64,000 bases of DNA from Desulfobacterales bacterium (lineage in GTDB: Bacteria; Desulfobacterota; Desulfobacteria; Desulfobacterales; UBA2174). The stretch spans positions 1,408,001-1,472,000 of the forward strand of contig CAXXWC010000021.1 in NCBI GenBank assembly GCA_963668645.2, in the 5' to 3' direction. This document shows, piece after piece, positions 51,284 through 60,710 of the stretch; the stretch's first letter is position 1, and each line of letters begins with the position of its first letter. Both the position numbers and the translations under genes were made by a program. The notes beneath the pieces were generated by a model. It was not told the origin of the DNA, did not search any database, and worked only from the letters and a program-made list of their open reading frames with translations.

Positions 51284-52645
51284 CTATTCACTTCCTGCCG
51301 CTGGCGGCAGGGCCTTCGGCGGGGCGTCAAAACAGCGGTCCTCCCAGTGCATGTACCTCAAGATGGCCCGGATGGCCATATTGCGCAGCGGGCCGGAAGG
51401 CCAGGGGATGGTGCGCCGGTTAACGAAAAATACGTCGGTCAACGCGCTCTTTCTTTCCAGCACAAGATCGCAGATGGTCTTGCCGTTCAAATGGGTGAGA
51501 CTGACGCCGTGCCCGACGCAACCGAGGCTGTAGACCACGTTCTTGTCACCCAAAAAGCCCAGGGCCGGGGCCATATCCAGGGGCACGGAAACCGGCCCAC
51601 CCCACTGATGGGTGAAACGGATGTCTCGCAAGGCCGGGAAAATCTGACGCACATCCGCTTTCAGCCCCTCGAAGGTCGGCGGATCCAGGTCCCGGTCCAT
51701 GTCGGTCCCCGAAGAAAAGGAGACGTCCCGCCCTCCCATGAGAAGCCGGTTGTCGGCGGTCAGTCGGTAGTAGTGAACCAGGTTCCGGGCATCTTCGATC
51801 CCCTGGCGGTTTTGCCAGCCGAATTCGGCGAACGCCTTTTCACCGATAGGCTCGGTGAGCACGATGTGGGTCCAGACCGGTATCTGTTTGCGCCGCAGTT
51901 CGGGGAAAAAATGGGACCAGGCGTTGGTGGCCATGACCACCTTGTCGGCCCGCACCCTTGCACCCGGCGTGGACAGCAGGATCTTTCCGTTGCCGCGGGA
52001 GATCTCCGCCACCGGCGTACTTTCATACAGCGCCACTCCCATGGAAACCAGAACGTCCTTCCAGCTCCAGGCGAGCTTGGCCGGGTTCAGAATGCCGCAA
52101 CGCGGCTCCCACCAAGCCCCGAGATACATGGGGCTGTGCACTTGCCGGTCTAGCCGGTCCTTTTCCAGCCACTCGATGCCCTTTAGCCCCAGCTTGTGGG
52201 CCAGCTCGATCTCATCGAGGATGCGAGCCCGGTATTTTTCCGAAGTCGCCACCCGCAGGAACCCGGAGTGTTCGTAATCGCAGTCCAGATTCAGTTCTGC
52301 CACCAGATCGCGAAGCAGGTCCACAGCCTTTTCCATGTAAAGATGGGCTTCTTTAGCCTTCTTTTTTCCGAAACGGACCGCGGTAATCCCCAAAGTCAAA
52401 CCGAAAAGGGTCATGTTGAAGCCCCCGTTTCGACCGCTGGCTCCAAAACCGATCACCTCGCTCTCCAACAAGGCGATGCGCAGGTCCGGCGCTTCCCTCT
52501 TCAGGTGGAAAGCCGTAGACAGGCCTGTGAACCCGCCCCCGACAACGGCTACGTCCGCCTCGATGTCTCGGGTCAATGGCATTCCGGGTCTGTAGTCCCG
52601 GGTGGAGAGCCAATAGCTTTTCTCCCTGAAGTTTTCCGTTTTCAC
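51284..52645 (-). CDS. FAD-dependent oxidoreductase (DAO/PuuB-like)
   Basis: GTG after [31 protein letters not shown]. Confidence 0.85.
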   Translation of the reverse strand: MKTENFREKSYWLSTRDYRPGMPLTRDIEADVAVVGGGFTGLSTAFHLKREAPDLRIALLESEVIGFGASGRNGGFNMTLFGLTLGITAVRFGKKKAKEAHLYMEKAVDLLRDLVAELNLDCDYEHSGFLRVATSEKYRARILDEIELAHKLGLKGIEWLEKDRLDRQVHSPMYLGAWWEPRCGILNPAKLAWSWKDVLVSMGVALYESTPVAEISRGNGKILLSTPGARVRADKVVMATNAWSHFFPELRRKQIPVWTHIVLTEPIGEKAFAEFGWQNRQGIEDARNLVHYYRLTADNRLLMGGRDVSFSSGTDMDRDLDPPTFEGLKADVRQIFPALRDIRFTHQWGGPVSVPLDMAPALGFLGDKNVVYSLGCVGHGVSLTHLNGKTICDLVLERKSALTDVFFVNRRTIPWPSGPLRNMAIRAILRYMHWEDRCFDAPPKALPPAAGSE

Positions 52646-52683
52646 ATCCCCCCCTTTTTTGGATTTGGTCCGGCTGCTTTTTT

Positions 52684-52697
52684 GTTGGTCGGCCGAC
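52684..52697. promoter_or_regulatory. Candidate TetR operator upstream of the oxidase
   Basis: GTTGG-TCGG-CCGAC; resembles TTTGG-ATAA-CCAAC upstream of tetR. Confidence 0.4.
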
Positions 52698-52784
52698 TTA
52701 ACACATCCTCTGAATCCCCTTGCCGATCCTCCTTTAATGGAGGGCCACCCGTTCCTGGCAATGCCAGCGGCCGGTCCCTCAGCC

Positions 52785-53357
52785 TTACGGAAGCTCCCCC
52801 ACGAACCGAAACAGAGCCGCCTTGACCTCCTTTTTGGCAAAAACCCCCGGTTCGATCATCCACTGGAGCGAAAACCCTTCGGCCAGGGCCACCACGGCAG
52901 CGCTGACGGCCTCGCTCCGGTCGCCCAGACCGGCATTGACCAGCACCTCCACCAATCTCTGCCGATAGGCACGGAACATGTCGGTCATCACCCGGTGGAG
53001 GGTCTCGCGCTCAAAGGCCATTTGAATCAGGTTGAAAAAAACCCGGTTAAGCGACCGGTTAAAAATCAGCTCATTTACCGCGAAGTCCAGGGCCAATGAA
53101 ACCTCCTCCCGGTCGGATTCTGCACTGACGAGAAGGGCTTCGAGCCTCCGGCTGTAACGATCCACCACCGCCTGGGCCAGATCGGAGATGATGTCTTCCT
53201 TGCTTTTGAAATAGTAGTGAATCACGCCATGGGGAAGGCCTGCCCTGGCAGCAATGGTCTTGATGGTGACCTTTTCGTGCCCCTGTTCGGCCAAGCATTG
53301 GTAAAGAGCCCAGACGATCTCCCCCCGACGCTGGTCCGCGTTGCTTTTTCGTCCCAT
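52785..53357 (-). CDS. TetR family regulator
   Basis: N-terminal [28 protein letters not shown]. Confidence 0.9.
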   Translation of the reverse strand: MGRKSNADQRRGEIVWALYQCLAEQGHEKVTIKTIAARAGLPHGVIHYYFKSKEDIISDLAQAVVDRYSRRLEALLVSAESDREEVSLALDFAVNELIFNRSLNRVFFNLIQMAFERETLHRVMTDMFRAYRQRLVEVLVNAGLGDRSEAVSAAVVALAEGFSLQWMIEPGVFAKKEVKAALFRFVGELP

Positions 53358-53377
53358 GAAGCACCTTGAATTTTTGT

Positions 53378-53422
53378 AGTTTGGATAACCAACCTAATAA
53401 TATTTATCCGCTGAATGGTCAA
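53378..53422 (-). promoter_or_regulatory. tetR promoter with overlapping palindromic operator
   Basis: Minus strand TTGACC-N17-TATTAG; imperfect palindrome AGTTTGGATAACCAACCT at 53378-53395. Confidence 0.5.
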
Positions 53423-53632
53423 CTGAATAATTGAGAAGGGCGACTGTTGACAAGCCGGAACCCAAGCGTATACCTTGCCTGCGGTTGTGGCAGAAAACGA
53501 GGCCTTGCATCGGCCCGGAGAGGGCTGCAGGGAACGCGAAAACCGGTTCTGGACTGTCTCGACAGTTTTTTCCAAACTTGACCGTTTTGTCTTTAAATAC
53601 AGGCGACAACCCAAAAATATGGGAGAAAAGAC

Positions 53633-54064
53633 GTGCCGAAGATGGGCAAAGGCAGTTCCCTGACCCCCGGGTTGCTCAATGCGATGGGGAAAAAGTGCCT
53701 TCCTGGATATCTCGGGGTCGTGGTGACCTTGATCGATGGCTCCGGCTTGACCTGCCGCATGGAGGTAAAATCGGAGCTTTTGTCGCCCAACGATTATTTG
53801 CACGCCGGTGCCGTGGTGACCCTGGCCGACACGGCCTGCGGTTACGGTACCATGACCCGGCTGCCGGAAGGGGCCAGAGGATTTACCACCATCGAGCTTA
53901 AGAGCAATTTTACCGGCACGGCCACCACAGGAAGCCTTGTCTGCCATGCCCGGCCCCTGCACATCGGCCGGTTGACCCAACTCTGGGAGGCTACGGTGGC
54001 TGTCGAGAACACCGCCAAGGCCATCGCCCATTTCCGCTGCACCCAGATGATCCTGTTTCCCTGA
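53633..54064 (+). CDS. PaaI family (hotdog fold) thioesterase
   Basis: LHAGAVVTLADTACG, FTTIELKSNF; upstream TTGACA-N16-TATACC at 53447-53474. Confidence 0.88.
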   Translation: MPKMGKGSSLTPGLLNAMGKKCLPGYLGVVVTLIDGSGLTCRMEVKSELLSPNDYLHAGAVVTLADTACGYGTMTRLPEGARGFTTIELKSNFTGTATTGSLVCHARPLHIGRLTQLWEATVAVENTAKAIAHFRCTQMILFP

Positions 54065-54196
54065 ACCGGTCACCTGCCCACATACCGCCTGGGCTACCGG
54101 CGACCGGATCTCAGACCCCCTATAGTCGACTGCGTAAACGCTAGCGGCAAAGCCAAAATTACTGATGAGAGAGGCCGGCGCCGAACAGGCTGGGAT

Positions 54197-54991
54197 TCAG
54201 CTGAACATGCCGGCCCGGAAGGCCTTCAGGTAGTTCATGCAATAGCTGTCCTTGCCGGCAAGGGCTTCTGCGGCAATGATGTTTGCCATCATCTTTTCGT
54301 CCAGCGGATTGATGATCGCACCGTCCAGCCCCTTCGCAATGGCCATGGCCATGAAGGTCTGGTTCATGAACTTGCGCGCCGGCAGGCCGTAGCTGACGTT
54401 GGACAGCCCACAGGCCGTATGGATTTGCGGAAATGCGGCTATGATCTTTTCGATGGCGTTAATGAACCCCGCCCCAAAGGTATTGTCCACCGAAACCGGC
54501 TGCACCAGCGGATCCACGAAAATATTTTCTATCTTTACATTGTTTTTGAGCAGCCCGTTAACCAGTTCATCTACGATTTTCATCCGGTCGTCAACCGTCT
54601 TGGGCATGCCTGCATCGCTCATGCACAGGGCGATCACCTTCATGTCGGTTCCGGCGATGACAGGCATGATCATTTGATAGCGGTCTTTTTCCAGTGAAAT
54701 GGAATTAATCATGGGGATTCCCTGGTGAACGGACAGGGCTGCCTCGATCGCCGCCGGATCCGGACTGTCAATGGCACAAGGCCTGTCCGTCACCTGCTGA
54801 ACGCCTTTTACCATCCACTTGAGATATTCGGGCTCCCGGTCCACGAAGACGCCCGCATTGACATCGATGTAATGGGCCCCGGCATCGGCCTGGTCCCTGG
54901 CTACCTTCTGGATCGTCTCGATGTCCTGTGCTTCGATGGCCGACCTAATCGCTTTGCGGCTGGCGTTGATCAATTCGCCGATGATGATCAT
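54197..54991 (-). CDS. Methylcorrinoid:tetrahydrofolate methyltransferase (AcsE-like MT2, pterin-binding)
   Basis: IIGELINASRK, IDVNAG, IDSPDP, INSISLE, DPLVQP, CGLSNVSYGLP. Confidence 0.9.
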   Translation of the reverse strand: MIIIGELINASRKAIRSAIEAQDIETIQKVARDQADAGAHYIDVNAGVFVDREPEYLKWMVKGVQQVTDRPCAIDSPDPAAIEAALSVHQGIPMINSISLEKDRYQMIMPVIAGTDMKVIALCMSDAGMPKTVDDRMKIVDELVNGLLKNNVKIENIFVDPLVQPVSVDNTFGAGFINAIEKIIAAFPQIHTACGLSNVSYGLPARKFMNQTFMAMAIAKGLDGAIINPLDEKMMANIIAAEALAGKDSYCMNYLKAFRAGMFS

Positions 54992-55198
54992 CTTGAACTC
55001 CTGTTGCTGTGATCAAGGAGCCTGGCCCTGCCCCGCCTTATTGCGGATCTCCGGCCGAGTGCCTCCCACTTCGAGCGTCAAGGGTCTTCATGGCTATCGA
55101 GATTGTCAGGCACCCACCATTCGGGCCCCATTTTCCCCAAACGCGCCTGACCGGGCCTCCTTCAGTTGAAACGGTCCGCCATGAAGCGACAAGAATGC

Positions 55199-55837
55199 TC
55201 ACTGACAATGCAGCAGCTCTTTTACCCGGTCTACTGCCTCGGCCGCATTTCCGGCGAATCCGTCGGCATGAATGCTGTCCGCGTATCCCTGAGTCACAGG
55301 AGCCCCGCCGATCAGCACTTTGACATTCTCCCGCACACCGGCCTCCTTCAATGCCTCAATCGTCTCTTTCATGGCGGGCAAGGTAGTAGTCAGCAGGGCG
55401 GAAAGGCCAAGAAATTGCGGTTTATGCTCGACCACCGCCTTGACGAATTTTGCCGGTTCAAGGTCGACTCCAAGATCGATGACCTGACATCCGGCGCCTT
55501 CCAGCATGATTCCCACCAGGTTTTTGCCGATATCGTGCATATCCCCCTTGACCGTTCCGATGACCACAGTGGCCAAGATTTCCAATTTTTCATTCAATAA
55601 CAATGGTTTGATTATTTCGAGGCCGGACTTCATGGCCTTTGCCGCCATCAGCATTTCGGGAACATAAATCTCATTTTCCTTGAACTTCTCGCCGACGATA
55701 GCCATCGCCTCGATAAGCCCCTGCTGGATAATCTCGCCGGGGGCAAAGCCATCGTTGAGCAACTGGCGGATCGTATGGACGGCAAGTTCCGAATTTCCTG
55801 AAATGGTGGCCTCTTTGACAGTTTCAATTCCGGGCAT
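55199..55837 (-). CDS. Corrinoid (B12-binding) protein of a methyltransferase system
   Basis: Cap domain EIYVPEMLMAA; DMHDIGKN (DxHxxG), SALLTTT, IGGAPVT. Confidence 0.93.
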   Translation of the reverse strand: MPGIETVKEATISGNSELAVHTIRQLLNDGFAPGEIIQQGLIEAMAIVGEKFKENEIYVPEMLMAAKAMKSGLEIIKPLLLNEKLEILATVVIGTVKGDMHDIGKNLVGIMLEGAGCQVIDLGVDLEPAKFVKAVVEHKPQFLGLSALLTTTLPAMKETIEALKEAGVRENVKVLIGGAPVTQGYADSIHADGFAGNAAEAVDRVKELLHCQ

Positions 55838-55881
55838 CGACGCACTCCTTCTCGATTATGCAACAGACTGTTTTTTTGTTC

Positions 55882-57177
55882 TTAAAATCCCTTAGCGAAC
55901 AAGAAGTCCGGTAGGGTTGTCACGATCGGCGGGAAAATGGTAATCAATATCAACACCACGAACAGAGGAACCAGAAATGGAAGTGTGGCCCAGATCACCC
56001 GCTCGAAGGCAAGACCTGAAAATCGCGACATGACAAACAGCACCACACCGAAGGGGGGTGTCAGCAAGCCGATCATCAGGTTCAGGACCATTACCACCCC
56101 GAAATGGATGGGATCGATTCCTAGTTTGCTGATCACCGGCATCAACACAGGGCCGAGGATAAGAATTGCACAGGTCGGCTCGAGGAAACAGCCTACGATA
56201 AGAAGAAAAACATTCATGGCCAAAAGAATTACCAAAGGATTGGTACTCATCCCAGCAATGCTTTCGGCAAGACTGAGGGTCAGCCCTGAACGGCAAAGCA
56301 GCCAGCCATAAAAGTTCGCAGCACAGATGATAAAGCCGATGGCAGCCGTCTCCTTTGTCGTCTCGATGAATACTTCGCCCAGTTTTTTGAGACCGAACTC
56401 CCGGTATACGATTCCGCCCAGAAACAACGCGTAAGCCACGGCGACCGCTGCCGCCTCGGTGGGCGTAAAATAGCCGGTCCAGATTCCCCCCAACAAAATG
56501 ATCGGCGTCAGCAGCGGGAATAGAGCATGGAAAAAGCTCACTGCAAGGGCAGCGATCCCAGGAAAGACACTCCGGGGATAATTTTTCCGCTTGGCATACC
56601 AGGCGATCATGATCATCAACATGGCGGTCATTAAAAGACCGGGAACGACGCCGGCCAGGAAAAGACGGCCGACCGACACCTCGGCAACCAACCCGAATAC
56701 CACCATGGGTATGCTTGGCGGGAAAATCGGCCCGATCGTTGCCGAAGCGGCAGTTACTGCAACGCTGAACTCGGTGTCATATCCTTCGTCCTTCATTGCC
56801 TTTAGTTCAATCTGGCCCAGCCCGGCGGCGTCCACTACTGCAGCCCCAGACATTCCGGAAAAAATCAAGCTTGCCACCGTGTTGGCGTGGCCGAGTCCAC
56901 CGGGCAGGAAACCGACCAGATTTTTCGCAAAATTAAAAATTCTGTTGGTAATTCCCGATGTGTTCATCAACTTGGCGGCCAGGATAAACAAAGGAATTGC
57001 CAGCAGAAGAAAATTATTGACCCCGTACATCATCCGCTGGGGAAGGATATACATGTTGGCGCGGCTCCCCAGTTCGGCAAAATATCCGATGAGACCCGTA
57101 ATTCCGATCGAAAAGCCGACCGGAATACCGATTGCAAAAAGGATGATCAGCCCCACGGAAATTATAAAGATAATCAT
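55882..57177 (-). CDS. TRAP transporter large permease (DctM)
   Basis: LLAIPLFILA, GMSGAAVVD, PIFPPSIP, FTPTEAAA, IGLLTPPFG. Confidence 0.93.
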   Translation of the reverse strand: MIIFIISVGLIILFAIGIPVGFSIGITGLIGYFAELGSRANMYILPQRMMYGVNNFLLLAIPLFILAAKLMNTSGITNRIFNFAKNLVGFLPGGLGHANTVASLIFSGMSGAAVVDAAGLGQIELKAMKDEGYDTEFSVAVTAASATIGPIFPPSIPMVVFGLVAEVSVGRLFLAGVVPGLLMTAMLMIMIAWYAKRKNYPRSVFPGIAALAVSFFHALFPLLTPIILLGGIWTGYFTPTEAAAVAVAYALFLGGIVYREFGLKKLGEVFIETTKETAAIGFIICAANFYGWLLCRSGLTLSLAESIAGMSTNPLVILLAMNVFLLIVGCFLEPTCAILILGPVLMPVISKLGIDPIHFGVVMVLNLMIGLLTPPFGVVLFVMSRFSGLAFERVIWATLPFLVPLFVVLILITIFPPIVTTLPDFLFAKGF

Positions 57178-57647
57178 TTTGCATCTCCTGACTGAGAATA
57201 TTTCGCCCGGAAAACATTGCGCAGCAGACTACAGGAAAGGTACCATATCATCAGCATTCCACTTATCAGCATGCCCAAATAGACGTATCCGAGGCGAACC
57301 CAGGCGACCGTGGGAGCAAACGTATTCCATTGGCGAATCATATTTAAGTAACTGCCCCAACTCATTATCGCCACAAAGGGAAGGACGATTACAATGATAA
57401 TGATCCTGAGAATTCTTCCGGCCCTGGGCCCTATCCGATCAGAAATGACACCGATACGTATGTGTTCGTCATCGGCCGTGAGCGTTGCGGCTCCCAGGAA
57501 GACAATCCAGACAAACAGGAACCGAGCCATCTCTTCGGACCACACCGTCGCATCGCCGGGAATAAAGCGCGCTATTATCTGCCAAAAAGTGATCAGAAAC
57601 ATCACGGCCAGCAGTATCCCGTTGAACCCATCTATGTATCTCTTCAT
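57174..57647 (-). CDS. TRAP transporter small permease (DctQ)
   Basis: WSEEMARFLFVWIVFLGAA, HIRI; 4 TM. Confidence 0.9.
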   Translation of the reverse strand: MKRYIDGFNGILLAVMFLITFWQIIARFIPGDATVWSEEMARFLFVWIVFLGAATLTADDEHIRIGVISDRIGPRAGRILRIIIIVIVLPFVAIMSWGSYLNMIRQWNTFAPTVAWVRLGYVYLGMLISGMLMIWYLSCSLLRNVFRAKYSQSGDAK

Positions 57648-57744
57648 ATCTATATCCTGGGTGCAGTTTCACATTTCAGCCACAAAAGGACAGCGGTAAA
57701 ACATGAAACTGCACTCGTCTCCGGGTTGGAATCTGTATTCGGGT

Positions 57745-58740
57745 CTATTTTATGTCCCTGATTCTCTCGTATAATCCCGGAACCCAGAACTCTTTTGACA
57801 ACCTTTCCAGGGTTGGCCCCACTGCTTTGATGAACGCCTCCTTGTCCGGCTCGATGATAATCATTCCCTTTTCGGCCAGCTTTTTCTTGAATTCCACATC
57901 CGCCTTCAACGACAAATCGTTCGCGTAGGTGGCTGCATCTTTCATCGCCCCCATCACGAGCTTCTGTTCATCTTCTTTTAAGGTATCAAACCACAACTTG
58001 GATATTTCATACTTGGCTACGCCGTGGAGATGCTCGGTAAGAATGAGGTATTTCTGATTCTCATAGAATTTCAGGGAATAGATCGACGCAGCCGGATTTT
58101 CCTGGGCTTCGGCGACGCCGGTTTTCAGCGCCATATACACTTCTTGGAAAGGAACCACCGTCGGGCGGGCACCCAGCGATTTCCATACTTCGACCCAGGG
58201 TTTGAACTCCGGAAGCCGCAGCTTCAATCCGTTGAGATCCGCGGGAGTTTTGACGGGTTTGTTAGTTGTCAGGTTTCTGGCACCCCGGTAGACGATCCCA
58301 CCAACGATGACATTGTCTCTTTTCAGCAAGACATCGTTTATTTCCTTTCCGAGGGGACCGTTCCAGAATTTCCAGAGGTGGTCCACATCTCTGATGACAT
58401 AAGGAACATCATAACAGAGGTATTCGGGATGGAATATCGAGATGTCCCCGGAACCCATGGCCGCGGTCTCAACGCTACCGGAACTGAGCGCTTCAAAGAT
58501 ATCCCGTTCACCTCCCATTGATCCGAGAAGGTGAATAAAAACTTCCATTTCTCCGTTGCTTCGCTTTTCAACCAGTTCTTTAAACTTTTCCAAGCCATAA
58601 TGTACCGGATTTCCAGGGCCGTAACTGGAAGCCATGTTGATTCTCATCTTTGCCGTTGCGTGAAGAGGAACAAAAAAAATTCCCGCGATGGCAGCCGCAA
58701 TGATCCAGATTTTTATCTTACTGTTCACAAGCACCTCCAT
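57745..58740 (-). CDS. TRAP substrate-binding protein (DctP, SiaP/YiaO-like)
   Basis: Signal peptide; GARNLTT, LKLRLP (conserved carboxylate-binding Arg), EVYMAL, AQENP. Confidence 0.92.
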   Translation of the reverse strand: MEVLVNSKIKIWIIAAAIAGIFFVPLHATAKMRINMASSYGPGNPVHYGLEKFKELVEKRSNGEMEVFIHLLGSMGGERDIFEALSSGSVETAAMGSGDISIFHPEYLCYDVPYVIRDVDHLWKFWNGPLGKEINDVLLKRDNVIVGGIVYRGARNLTTNKPVKTPADLNGLKLRLPEFKPWVEVWKSLGARPTVVPFQEVYMALKTGVAEAQENPAASIYSLKFYENQKYLILTEHLHGVAKYEISKLWFDTLKEDEQKLVMGAMKDAATYANDLSLKADVEFKKKLAEKGMIIIEPDKEAFIKAVGPTLERLSKEFWVPGLYERIRDIK

Positions 58741-58857
58741 TATGACCGGGAGTTTTGAGAGGGATCCTTTTTCGATGCCGGTCGGTTTTAGTCTATCTAA
58801 AAAGATTCAATTTTAAACAATGCGGACTAATGATCCGCTTATCCAAAAACAAATGTA

Positions 58858-59889
58858 TTATAGGTCGATTGGATATCGTCCGTATTTTTTCACCGCTTTC
58901 GACATAGCCATGACACACTCCGGATCCAGATATGAAGCCAGGCTGTTTCCACTGGTAAGAATATACCCACCGCCTGGTGCAACGTTTTTGATGAGATATT
59001 GAACCTCCTTTTCTGTTTCTTCCGGCGTACCGGCTCCCAGAATATTAAGATCGACGTTACCAAGCAGACATACACGATCTGCATATGCCTTCTTGACCGC
59101 CACGATGTCCATTGCTCCATTTTCCATCGGATGAAACCCCGCCACCCCCAAGTCGATAAAAATATCCATCGCTTTGGAAATATTTCCATCACTGTGCAGG
59201 ATCCAAGGAAGGGTCAATTTATCCAACACCTTGCGATATCTTGGCACCAACAGTTGTTCGAAAACCTTCGGAGAAAACATCAGGCCGGATTTGTAGGCAA
59301 AATCATCCGTAGTCCAAAAGACATCAAAGCCGATCTTGTTCATTCGCTCGGCGACAACAGCCGTCCAGTCGAAATACATATCGAGCATTTTTTCCACCAT
59401 TGCAGGCTTCTCATAAAGCGCCATGGAAAAACCCTCGATTCCAAGTCCCAACATGACCTGCAAAAAGCCTATGCGCGTCACCCAACAGGCTGCAAAATCT
59501 TCCTTCCCGGCGACGAACTCCTCCGCACCGCGGTAGAGGGCATCATCATACGGATCCGGCAAATCGATCATTGCAAGATCCGCCTCCGTTTTGATCATTC
59601 CCCCGCCGACAAAGGTTCTCCCGTCCTGTCCGGTATGCATGTGGGCGTAGGTGGGCGCGCGGAGTATGTAGTTGACGTTGTCCAATCCAAGATGGCGAGA
59701 GATCATCTTGGCCTCTTCCACTGTGTAGGGATTTTCGGTCCTGCTGCTGGTACCGATATCCGCATCTGCCTGTGTGTTCAGCAGTTTCTCGGCAAACCCC
59801 TTATCGACCGCCAGTTCACAATACGGCACCTTGTCGGGCTCTTTACGAGCAAGAGCGGTGAGCACTCGTTCTCTGGATGTCATCGACAT
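58858..59889 (-). CDS. UroD/MtaA-CmuA family protein, probable substrate:corrinoid methyltransferase (MT1)
   Basis: MTSRERVLTAL...PDKVP, TDDFAYKSG, HSDG, GNVD, GGGYILTSGNS; co-oriented with the corrinoid protein and MT2. Confidence 0.8.
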   Translation of the reverse strand: MSMTSRERVLTALARKEPDKVPYCELAVDKGFAEKLLNTQADADIGTSSRTENPYTVEEAKMISRHLGLDNVNYILRAPTYAHMHTGQDGRTFVGGGMIKTEADLAMIDLPDPYDDALYRGAEEFVAGKEDFAACWVTRIGFLQVMLGLGIEGFSMALYEKPAMVEKMLDMYFDWTAVVAERMNKIGFDVFWTTDDFAYKSGLMFSPKVFEQLLVPRYRKVLDKLTLPWILHSDGNISKAMDIFIDLGVAGFHPMENGAMDIVAVKKAYADRVCLLGNVDLNILGAGTPEETEKEVQYLIKNVAPGGGYILTSGNSLASYLDPECVMAMSKAVKKYGRYPIDL

Positions 59890-60174
59890 AATGCGTAACC
59901 TCGGCTTAATGAAATTTAAAAATGCGTTTCATCACGTCATCCGCCCCCGGGCAACGAGTCCATCGAGTTCGGCGTATACGTATGCGCGTCAATGATCGCC
60001 GGAATAAAACCACACACCGGGGCACTTCATCGAACAGCGGCGAAATGACCTGAAAGCCGTACCCGGACCGACTCTGCGCCATCTTGCTTCCACCCCCTTT
60101 CAAAAAAGCCGTCTTTTGGCGATTCAGCCTGGGCCCTTGAAGCACATGCCTCTTTGCCTATGCCATATAATAAT

Positions 60175-60203
60175 TTGATATGATAAGCTGACAATTAAGT
60201 CAA
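60175..60203 (-). promoter_or_regulatory. Putative promoter of the MT1-TRAP-corrinoid operon, with TGATAA repeats in the spacer
   Basis: Minus strand TTGACT-N17-TATCAA; TGATAA at 60181 and TGACAA at 60189. Confidence 0.55.
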
Positions 60204-60513
60204 CCCGTTTTTTTCTTTCAACCGCTCCTGCCACACATAGGCCGGCACCGGGCGCCATCACCCCCGAAGCGGACCATCCCTATTCGCAGTCTCATAGTGA
60301 TTTGGCAACGATTCACTGCCGCGGACTAAAAATTTCGACGCCAGGAAAAAGGTTGGGGAGGTTCCCGGTGACAGACGATCACCTCCCCCGGTTTCTGCGC
60401 GCTCCGGCCTCTGTCCAATCGGGCCATTATCACCCGTGTCGCTTCATGCCAAACACCGGTCCCCTGCGCAGTCTGCCTTTCCACGGGGATCTCGTTACCC
60501 CTGCCGTAAAAAA

Positions 60514-60526
60514 TAATATATTGATA
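60514..60526 (-). promoter_or_regulatory. IHF-like binding site
   Basis: Minus strand TATCAA-TATA-TTA matches WATCAANNNNTTR, with an upstream A/T tract. Confidence 0.5.
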
Positions 60527-60603
60527 TTATTTAATTTTATCACGTCACAGACCTTTGCCAACGACAACATGTACAAATAGTTCGGGTCCACTCCAAAAAT
60601 GCA

Positions 60604-60653
60604 TTGATAATATGATAAACATATTATACTATGATGACTTGATAAGTTGATAA
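60604..60653 (+). promoter_or_regulatory. Putative promoter of the ilvD-panB-larA-like operon with an array of TGATAA direct repeats
   Basis: TTGATA-N17-TACTAT; TGATAA at 60605, 60613, 60640, 60648 and TGATGA at 60632. Confidence 0.55.
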
Positions 60654-60710
60654 GGTATTCGCCCGGGTCAGGGACCATTCTATTTCCGCTTTTTTACCAA
60701 TAAGGAGTTA

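Noticed and set aside
54075..54095. GCCCA...CCGCCTGGGC hairpin resembling the ZTP riboswitch 3' stem
   Set aside because: The 5' ACUGGCG element is absent, and it lies between convergent gene ends rather than in a leader.
54162..54186. CTGATGAG hammerhead-like core
   Set aside because: No GAAA partner (GAAC instead) and no plausible stem II.
54197..59889. Pyrrolysine or selenocysteine recoding in the methyltransferase genes
   Set aside because: All three ORFs appear full length with no in-frame stop, and no MttB-type gene is present.
58858..59889. Annotation as heme-pathway hemE
   Set aside because: Lacks the HemE N-terminal RQAGR motif and sits with a corrinoid protein and MT2.
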